A DNA stretch of 64,000 bases from an uncultured Phycisphaera sp. GTDB lineage: Bacteria; Planctomycetota; Phycisphaerae; UBA1845. Of this stretch, positions 47,448 to 53,870 are shown piece by piece. The stretch is taken from NCBI GenBank assembly GCA_964486335.1, contig CAZAMB010000005.1:100008-164007 (forward strand). Reading direction: 5' to 3'. Position 1 is the stretch's first letter. Each line of letters begins with the position of its first letter. A model generated the notes under the pieces. That model made no database searches and was not told the DNA's origin. It was given only the letters and a program-made list of their open reading frames with translations. Made by a program: the position numbers and the translations under genes.

Positions 47448-48604
47448 GACCTGACTCCTTGGTTTAGGGACAAAGTGGAACCGTAAGATTCCCCGGCGGC
47501 TGAATTCTCGAGTTTCAATTGGCGTGCGCGCGCCAGCGCTTGGCACGCTGAACTGATGTCAATTGGGTTGTGATCGGCGTTGATCAGAAAGGCGATGTTT
47601 GCCCGTGCAGGTCTTTGAACCGAAAGCAGTACCGTTTGGACCCCCATACCCCTAAGCCGACCGGTCATTCTCCTTGCTTCGCCTGACGACCGAAACGACA
47701 ATATCTGCACAGGGAAGAGTCCCGGAGATGGCGTGAATCCTGCCGATCGTGTTCCGGCACGAAATCGTCGTACATTGGAGAGGAGCTGCGATCGTCGTGA
47801 GTTGCCGATGCGCTCGTTGGCCGTCAGCGCGTTCGTGGCAGCCCTGATGGACGCCTGGGAAGGCGGACTGCAATGAACTCGAGTCTCGCTGCGCGTTGCA
47901 AACTGCTCGACAATGTCACCGCGACTCGACAGAGCGGCCACCGGCGCTCCGAATCCCTTGGCCAGGGAACTGATCAAGACCAATTCCTTCGCGCGAACGC
48001 CCCACCACTGGGAGCTTCCGCCTCCGCCTAGCCCATACGGCATTGTTCGCGTCGGTCGCGCGCCAAGAACGCCAAGCGCTTGAGTGTCATCTACGACAAC
48101 AAGACCCTTCACGGCTCGCATCTGACGAAGATAGCTTGTAAGAGGTGCAACCCGTCCGCATCGCATACAGGAACCATCAACGACAACCACCGGACGTGAT
48201 GCAGGCCCGCCAGCATCCTGAAGTGATCGACGCAATGACGAAGGGCAATAGTGCCGAAACGTCTGGACAGACGCGCCGCGCGCCGCCGCCCGTTCCAGTC
48301 CCCAGCGTCCGATGGGATAAAGTCCGCTATCCATGAAAAACCGTGCCCCTTCGTCGGCGAGCATGCCGAGGAAGTCCCAAAACAAGTGTAACGTCGAAGT
48401 TCCAAGCAAAGCCGCTTCACAGCCTTGCAGGTCGGCCAACAATTGGGCGACCCGCTTCGCCTCAGCTGACTCATCAAGTGCCGCAGGTCGGCCGGTCGTC
48501 AACTGCTCCCACGATCCCAGCGCCGAACTCGGGTGCCGCATGCCCAGATACTGGGCCGAGGTAAAGTCAAGCACTGGATGATTTCCGTCAACGACCTCTG
48601 CCAC
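47444..48604 (-). CDS. PLP-dependent class I/II aminotransferase-fold enzyme, alpha-oxoamine-synthase-like
   Basis: 386 aa. LDFTSAQYLGM, VVDDTQALGVLG and SLAKGFGAPVA (putative PLP Lys) parallel the AONS/serine-palmitoyltransferase motifs. Confidence 0.7.
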   Translation of the reverse strand: MAEVVDGNHPVLDFTSAQYLGMRHPSSALGSWEQLTTGRPAALDESAEAKRVAQLLADLQGCEAALLGTSTLHLFWDFLGMLADEGARFFMDSGLYPIGRWGLERAAARGASVQTFRHYCPSSLRRSLQDAGGPASRPVVVVDGSCMRCGRVAPLTSYLRQMRAVKGLVVVDDTQALGVLGARPTRTMPYGLGGGGSSQWWGVRAKELVLISSLAKGFGAPVAALSSRGDIVEQFATRSETRVHCSPPSQASIRAATNALTANERIGNSRRSQLLSNVRRFRAGTRSAGFTPSPGLFPVQILSFRSSGEARRMTGRLRGMGVQTVLLSVQRPARANIAFLINADHNPIDISSACQALARARQLKLENSAAGESYGSTLSLNQGVRS

Positions 48605-50261
48605 CCGTCAATTGCGATTGCAGCCGTTGGCTTAATAGCACTGAAGGCATGGTCGCATTCACCATTCCACTCACCGGCTGAGCTGTCAGATCAACACCCG
48701 TAGCCGCGCGGTAAGCATGGAGGTAACCCTGAATTTCCGGCTTCCAATATCGAGCCCATGTTCGAGCGTGTTCCTGGTCTGTTAGGACATTCCAGTTTCC
48801 ATACCGGATCGAGAGCAGAATCCGTTCTCCGAGGACGCCCAAATCGCGAAAATGGGTGACCGTTACGTCGCTCCAACCCTGAACTCGTTTCATCGCGTCC
48901 ACGCGGCCCATCCACGGTTCCGCATAGGGCACCATGATCCGAGTGCCGAGGAATTCGCGCATTTCGGGTCGGGACAACAACCACTGCTGCATCATCATCT
49001 CGACTCGCGCTGTCCACGGCAGATCCCCGAATTGATTGTGCGCCCCTTGGGCAAGCAGCAAATGGACTTCCTTTAGCGCGTTGAGAAGAGGGAACCCGTC
49101 GGAAATCACGGTCGTGTCCGAGTCTTCCTGAAAAAACACGGAGCTGCGATACAAAAGATCGTGAAATGCTTCGAGAAACTTTGAACGGTTGTCGGCCGGA
49201 CGCATGGTCGAAACGGCCTTGCCCGCGAGCGCCAGTCCGTAGTGGTGGCTATACTCATAGGCTCGGCGAGGAACCGTGAGGCGATGGACTTCGTCCTGGA
49301 TGTACCCCCAAAGAAAGTTGTTGAGTGGCCTCAGCGGATCGATTTCCAACTCGGCCAATGGGTCGCGACCTGCGCCGCGCCGTTTGTTCTGGAATCGAAG
49401 GCTGATGGCGTTCAATGTTTGCGCCAACATCCCTTCTTCGTGCCAATACGACCAGATCAGTTCCAGCAGGCATGGACAAGAAGATTTCGCGCAGAGGATT
49501 TTCCCGTCACAGAAGGCCGAGGTAGCCGTCTGTTCTCGCCAATTCTCACCGAAGGCAGCGGTTAGAATCGTGTTCAAGTAATTGATATCCTTCGTTCGCA
49601 AGTAACTCGCCAGCTTGTCGCTAATGTCCTTCAGGGTGCCGCCCGGCAATGGGAAGTCATCCTCCAGACGTTTGACTTCAGATCCGGGGTCATCCTTTTC
49701 ACCCCATCCTTCGGTCTCGGCGCATGCGCATGGATCGCAATTACTCTTTTCACCTGCTTCTTGTTGTTTCTGAGCAGATGCGCCTTCGCGTGTTGTCGAT
49801 TCCGGATCGTCGGGTTTACGATAACAGGGATCAGGCTTTTTCTTTTCGGGGTCCAGAAACTCATCAGGATGCATTCCCTTTTGAAACGGCCCGCATGTGC
49901 AGCCGCAGCGGATGAGCAAAAACGTCTCCGTGGCCGTCTTCAAAAGGTCGTAGGCGTCCATGCCGTGGATGCAGGGTTCCTTGCTCAAACTTTCTCGCAG
50001 CCTTCGTTCCGGGCAGCAGTCGGGATCTTTGGTGTCTTTGTCGCAGAGCACTCGATCAATAAACTTCGCGTATTCCGAGAACGATGTCCGTTCCGAAGCA
50101 GTCCGAATCCACATCCATAACGGATACGTGTCGTCCCGTTTGAGCGGGGATCTCGAAAGCGAAAAGGTGCCGGACGCCGGCTTGGCAAAATCGCCAGAAA
50201 CACTTACCTTGACTCCCTTCGCCAGCTCTTTACCTTCAACAATAATCTTTCCTTCAGCCAT
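48588..50261 (-). CDS. Hypothetical 557-aa protein, Cys-rich N-terminal half, no recognisable family
   Basis: This long ORF is in operon context. About 15 Cys residues lie in clusters (DCCPE, CGCTCG, CDPCAC, CAKSSCPC), all in the N-terminal half. The C-terminal ~285 aa contain no Cys. Confidence 0.8.
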   Translation of the reverse strand: MAEGKIIVEGKELAKGVKVSVSGDFAKPASGTFSLSRSPLKRDDTYPLWMWIRTASERTSFSEYAKFIDRVLCDKDTKDPDCCPERRLRESLSKEPCIHGMDAYDLLKTATETFLLIRCGCTCGPFQKGMHPDEFLDPEKKKPDPCYRKPDDPESTTREGASAQKQQEAGEKSNCDPCACAETEGWGEKDDPGSEVKRLEDDFPLPGGTLKDISDKLASYLRTKDINYLNTILTAAFGENWREQTATSAFCDGKILCAKSSCPCLLELIWSYWHEEGMLAQTLNAISLRFQNKRRGAGRDPLAELEIDPLRPLNNFLWGYIQDEVHRLTVPRRAYEYSHHYGLALAGKAVSTMRPADNRSKFLEAFHDLLYRSSVFFQEDSDTTVISDGFPLLNALKEVHLLLAQGAHNQFGDLPWTARVEMMMQQWLLSRPEMREFLGTRIMVPYAEPWMGRVDAMKRVQGWSDVTVTHFRDLGVLGERILLSIRYGNWNVLTDQEHARTWARYWKPEIQGYLHAYRAATGVDLTAQPVSGMVNATMPSVLLSQRLQSQLTGGRGR

Positions 50262-50285
50262 GATTTTCTCCTTCGTTCGACGGGA

Positions 50286-51614
50286 CTATGAGGCCCGTGC
50301 GATTGTTTTCTGTGTTCGACCGACGAAAACCCTGCTCCGCGAACAACGGACACAAGCGCCAAACGTGCTTCGAAGCGCCCAATGACTGAGCAATCCACTC
50401 ACGAGGCGACTCTCTTCAACCGGATTGAGGACGCCGTACGCTTTTGCTTGTCCCAATACGGCGAACACAAGCGACTCCGGAGCGGCCCGCAACTGTTCTG
50501 GAAATCGTCGCCAGGTCTGAAAGAGTCTCATTAGGCGATGTGGTTGCCGCTCCTCGACACCGAGGACTTCCCCCAGAGACAATCCCCTGAGAGACTTCGG
50601 TCGATGATGTGTCAACAACGCCACAAAACCAGGAATGCTTGCCTGTAACGCGTTGAATAGCGCGAAACGTCTTGGGTCAAGCTGCGTTGGCGGATAAAAC
50701 GCGTCCCACATCCTCGCGAAATGTTCCCATTGCGGATGTGGATAGAGCGCTTGTCCGACCGCACAACTGAGCTTGACCCTGATCCACGGGCTTGGGTGCG
50801 GATCGTCAAGGTTGATTCGAAAAACGAATCCACGCGGCAGACTGACTACACTCATCAATCCCATGGTGGACGTGATGCCCAACTTCGCCACGGACCAGAA
50901 GTCGGCAACAACCTCGGAAATCCACCGCTCCCAGGCCAGCCACGCAAACGCTTCTGCGCTCCCTTTCTTCCGCATTCCCAGAAGAATTGGCCGGAAGGAC
51001 GGAACCAGTTTCAGCAGTTCCGCTGCCTGATGACCGACCTCGTGGACCAAAGACGATGCGATTCCGCTGCCTACCATTCTCTCCCGCGGCACGCGGATAA
51101 TGGCAACGGGATTGCGCCCGCCCGTGGGCATCCGCGTTCGCGCCCGCCGTATCGCCGCGCCGGGTCCGCGGTCCAGGTAACAAATCACCGGCGGTTCCGA
51201 GTAGTAGCCGCCACCAAGGTGCAATGCATCGGCGGCAAACGCATCCAGTCCGGATAGCCAGATTCCCGTTTCATGTTCGCTGCGTTGAGTGATTGCATCC
51301 GCAAACAGATCAAGATCCGAAAGGACGGCGTTGAACCGCAATCGGAGGAGTACGAATCGCCGCTGCGCTTCCTCGGCGGAGGACAACCGCCCATTCGAAC
51401 CCTCAAGCCACGCCAGAAATGCAACGACTTGTTCCCGCAAATTGCGTCGCCCTTGAAGCAAGTACCCGTCGATGGCTCTTTGCGCGGTTGAGGAAATCGC
51501 CGCGGCGGTTACCGAAGTGATTTGCAGCGCGAATGGCTTCACGATAGCCAGTCGTGTCAGCAGGGCACGGGCTTCCTGCGCAAGAAAACAAGTTGTGTTG
51601 GAACGCATGGACAC
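50286..51614 (-). CDS. Hypothetical 442-aa protein with HExxH motif (putative zinc metallopeptidase)
   Basis: The only motif recognised is SSLVHEVGHQAAELL. The rest is helical-looking sequence without a family I can name. Confidence 0.75.
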   Translation of the reverse strand: MSMRSNTTCFLAQEARALLTRLAIVKPFALQITSVTAAAISSTAQRAIDGYLLQGRRNLREQVVAFLAWLEGSNGRLSSAEEAQRRFVLLRLRFNAVLSDLDLFADAITQRSEHETGIWLSGLDAFAADALHLGGGYYSEPPVICYLDRGPGAAIRRARTRMPTGGRNPVAIIRVPRERMVGSGIASSLVHEVGHQAAELLKLVPSFRPILLGMRKKGSAEAFAWLAWERWISEVVADFWSVAKLGITSTMGLMSVVSLPRGFVFRINLDDPHPSPWIRVKLSCAVGQALYPHPQWEHFARMWDAFYPPTQLDPRRFALFNALQASIPGFVALLTHHRPKSLRGLSLGEVLGVEERQPHRLMRLFQTWRRFPEQLRAAPESLVFAVLGQAKAYGVLNPVEESRLVSGLLSHWALRSTFGACVRCSRSRVFVGRTQKTIARAS

Positions 51615-51620
51615 GACTTG

Positions 51621-52289
51621 TCAAACTCCCAACAGAATGATGCGCCGACCGCGGCGAATCCAGCGACCGCTCTGCCCCGCACTCGAAGTGCTCGCCAGCC
51701 CAGTGTTCATGAGGCCTGGCGCATGACGTTGAGCCGCGGCGGCCAGGGCCGACTTTGCGACGATTCGGGGATCAGTGGTATGTGGGGATGCGGCGGCGTG
51801 CTGAGCAGCGGCGCCGGCCAAGCGAACGAATCGTCGGGCGATTTCAAATTCCTGATCTTCGCCGCTGAGGCCCTCAAATTCCAAGCCAAACAGCTTGCCG
51901 GCCGCGGATCCGGCGGCACTTCCAAGCGCCGTTCCGACACCGGGGATCGGGATGAGTGACCCCAGGGCGCCTCCGGCAATCGGCAGAACCTTCTTGGCGA
52001 TGCCTTTGAGGATTCCGCCAAGCGGACGGAAAACGCGAGGAGCGATGCGCTTAATCCCCTTCCAGGCGCGCTTGAACAATTTGCCGAGGAATTCATCGAT
52101 TTCCTGGTCGCTCGACAATGTGAGCAGTTCGGAGGCGAAATCAACTTCTTCGTCCTGCGTAAATGGTCCCTCGCCGGTCCCGAAATCTCCAAATTCTTCG
52201 AAGACTTCAAAATCGCTCGTTTCACCGCCGAAACCATCGGTTTCCCCGGTGTCTTCGAAATACGTCTGAGTCTGGTCTATGTCGTGCAT
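51621..52289 (-). CDS. Hypothetical 222-aa protein: acidic N-terminus, cationic Gly-rich segment, C-terminal GRWIRRGRRIILLGV tail
   Basis: Residues 1-69 have no Lys or Arg and about 22 Asp/Glu. Residues 70-107 have 11 Lys/Arg and no acidic residues (KLFKRAWKGIKRIAPRVFRPLGGILKGIAKKVLPIAGG). A GxxxG-rich stretch follows. It is a paralogue of 52302..53126. Confidence 0.8.
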   Translation of the reverse strand: MHDIDQTQTYFEDTGETDGFGGETSDFEVFEEFGDFGTGEGPFTQDEEVDFASELLTLSSDQEIDEFLGKLFKRAWKGIKRIAPRVFRPLGGILKGIAKKVLPIAGGALGSLIPIPGVGTALGSAAGSAAGKLFGLEFEGLSGEDQEFEIARRFVRLAGAAAQHAAASPHTTDPRIVAKSALAAAAQRHAPGLMNTGLASTSSAGQSGRWIRRGRRIILLGV

Positions 52290-52301
52290 GTGTTTCTCCT
52301 C

Positions 52302-53126
52302 TTAAATGCCAAGTGCTACGATGGTGTGTCCCGTACGCATCCACCTGCCGTTACCGGGCCGATGAATGGCATAACTGATCCTTGATTCATCCTCGGTTTG
52401 GTCTTCCTCAGGTGCGACAGGAGGCTTGTTGCTTATGCCGAAACCTTGGTCGATCGAATCCTGAATGACGCTTCCACAATGTTGGGCACATGCCGCACAA
52501 TCGCACTCGATTGGCTCCACGGGTTCCGGCGCGACACCGGCGGCCGAACGTGCCCCACCATTGCTCGATGACGACGGAAAAGAAGATGGCATGGACGTTT
52601 GCGCAGGCCGTGTTCCGCTGTCGGTCGGAGGAAATTCCGGCCCATGGGATGGCTTTCCTGTGCGATGCCGCCATCTCCGTTTGCGTCGAAGCTGCTCGCG
52701 AAGAACGCGGAGTGCTGTTCTAATGGCAGGCAAAGCAGCATTTCTCGCGTGTTGTGTACGAGACAGCCGTCTCGCCAACCGACCTGCCAATCGTCCAAAC
52801 CGAACAGCTCGACGTGCTCTCTCAAGGTCCTCTTCATCCGTTTCGAACCCCTCAAGACTGCCATCAATGAACTCCCGAAATTGAGCGTTCAAAGACTCTG
52901 ACGGATCGCCCATGGGCGACGACGCGATGAAGGGTACCCGGCGAATGCCATCAATTGCGCTCTGTACTTGCGGCGTGATGAACTTGGCCAGACTATTCGT
53001 CGTTGAAGTGAGTGACTCCCCGCATTTGCCTAATGTCGCGAGCACAGCTCTGGCAATCTCGTTGCCACTGACCGCTCCTAGCAGGTCAATTGCCAGTTCT
53101 TCTTCGTTTTTTTGGCGATCGTACAT
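52302..53126 (-). CDS. Hypothetical 274-aa paralogue of 51621..52289 (tail NGRWMRTGHTIVALGI)
   Basis: It shares three segments with the downstream gene. Start region: EEELAIDLLGAVSGNE vs EVDFASELLTLSSDQE. Middle: EEDLERARRAVRFGRLAG vs DQEFEIARRFVRLAGAAA. C-terminal tail as in the call. The start is moved to Met 53126 because a sigma-54 promoter lies inside the 5' extension of ORF 52302..53291. Confidence 0.7.
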   Translation of the reverse strand: MYDRQKNEEELAIDLLGAVSGNEIARAVLATLGKCGESLTSTTNSLAKFITPQVQSAIDGIRRVPFIASSPMGDPSESLNAQFREFIDGSLEGFETDEEDLERARRAVRFGRLAGRLARRLSRTQHARNAALPAIRTALRVLREQLRRKRRWRHRTGKPSHGPEFPPTDSGTRPAQTSMPSSFPSSSSNGGARSAAGVAPEPVEPIECDCAACAQHCGSVIQDSIDQGFGISNKPPVAPEEDQTEDESRISYAIHRPGNGRWMRTGHTIVALGI

Positions 53127-53182
53127 AGCACAATTCAATTGGATTGGACTCGCGCATGGGTCCGAACTCAGCTGTGAAAGAA

Positions 53183-53198
53183 AGCAAGTTCCATGCCA
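53183..53198 (-). promoter_or_regulatory. Sigma-54 (-24/-12) promoter
   Basis: The minus strand reads TGGCATGGAACTTGCT, against the consensus TGGCAC-N5-TTGCW. The GG and GC dinucleotides are at canonical spacing. The motif lies 56 nt upstream of the ATG at 53126. An EBP with GAFTGA is encoded in the same island. Confidence 0.6.
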
Positions 53199-53227
53199 GA
53201 AAAACTGGGCCAATAATGGGCATTCTG

Positions 53228-53243
53228 GCGAAGTGTACTTCGC
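53228..53243. promoter_or_regulatory. Dyad GCGAA-N6-TTCGC (candidate enhancer/UAS 1)
   Basis: GCGAAGTGTACTTCGC has 7-bp perfect arms around a 2-nt centre. It lies about 30 nt upstream of the -24 element. Confidence 0.35.
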
Positions 53244-53268
53244 AACGACTGATGAACGGTGCAATTCA

Positions 53269-53284
53269 GCGAATCGCGCTTCGC
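53269..53284. promoter_or_regulatory. Dyad GCGAA-N6-TTCGC (candidate enhancer/UAS 2)
   Basis: GCGAATCGCGCTTCGC has the same 16-nt architecture. It is 41 bp (about four helical turns) from the first dyad. Confidence 0.35.
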
Positions 53285-53566
53285 CGATCATTCTGTTCGC
53301 TGTTGTCCAGTGAACGAAACAGGCCGAGGTGTTATGGGATTCCGTGGCCTGTGGTCAATGGTATTGGATAAGGCAACGAATCACTCGTTTCGAGGTGAAT
53401 CGGACGTTTAAAGTGACGAATCCTGACTTGATCCTACTCGATTGCTCCAATGCTGGGATGAATACTCATTTAACAGATCGCAAATGGCTCTTGGAAAGAA
53501 ACGTGGAAGGGGTTTCCGCATTCTCCGTAACTCTTTGGTTTTGCGCGGTTTAGAACTCGCTGCGTT

Positions 53567-53612
53567 CATGTTGCCTACGTAAATGTCGAGGGTTCGAGTT
53601 CCTTCACCCGCT
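53567..53612 (+). pseudogene. tRNA-Gly 3' fragment (anticodon arm to 3' end), non-functional
   Basis: 41/46 identical to 42336-42381. The anticodon-stem and loop changes are not compensatory. The region 5' of it cannot form acceptor or D arms. Confidence 0.75.
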
Positions 53613-53720
53613 TTGTTTGACGCGCCGTGCCAGCGAGTGACATCGCGGTCCAACTCTTGACCCCAGCGCGAGTTACGACGACCGATTCTTGCCTTTCCCA
53701 GGTTTACATTTCATGGTCGC
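53567..53720 (+). repeat. Island direct repeat, right copy
   Basis: See 42336-42489. The offset is 11231 nt with no gaps over 154 nt. Confidence 0.85.
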
Positions 53721-53863
53721 GTTTCGAGCTGTCTAAGCGGGCGGGCGTCCCGTACAGCGGAATCCACCGCTTTATCAGCTACGACCGCGACCTGACCCTG
53801 ACAACGGCGTCACGGCTGGCCGACGTGCTGGGGCTGGAATTGCGCCCTGCAAAAGGAAAGTAG
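53627..53863 (+). CDS. Small helix-turn-helix protein (Xre/excisionase-like position)
   Basis: 78 aa from the GTG at 53627. FELSKRAGVPYSGIHRFISYDRDLTLTTASRLADVLGLEL is a typical HTH. It ends 8 nt before the integrase start. Confidence 0.55.
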   Translation: MPASDIAVQLLTPARVTTTDSCLSQVYISWSRFELSKRAGVPYSGIHRFISYDRDLTLTTASRLADVLGLELRPAKGK

Positions 53864-53870
53864 GTGCATC

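Larger units (their letters stand above)
42382..53566. mobile_element. Integrated element / genomic island at tRNA-Gly (no integrase of its own retained)
   Basis: It lies between the intact tRNA-Gly and a displaced tRNA-Gly 3' fragment. A decayed HTH gene sits at its left end. It contains an AT-rich spacer (43.7-44.05 kb), a gene with an in-frame stop, and the sigma-54 operon as cargo. Confidence 0.65.

Noticed and set aside
53127-53291. 5' extension of ORF 52302..53291
   Set aside because: It contains the sigma-54 -24/-12 element and one of the dyads. It has no counterpart in the downstream paralogue. Met 53126 aligns with the paralogue's N-terminus.
53541-53566. Possible 5' half of a second tRNA-Gly (gcgcggtttagaactcgctgcgttca) preceding the conserved 3' fragment
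   Set aside because: It shows only scattered identity to the tRNA-Gly 5' half. It cannot form acceptor or D stems with the 3' part. It was treated as non-homologous or fully decayed.
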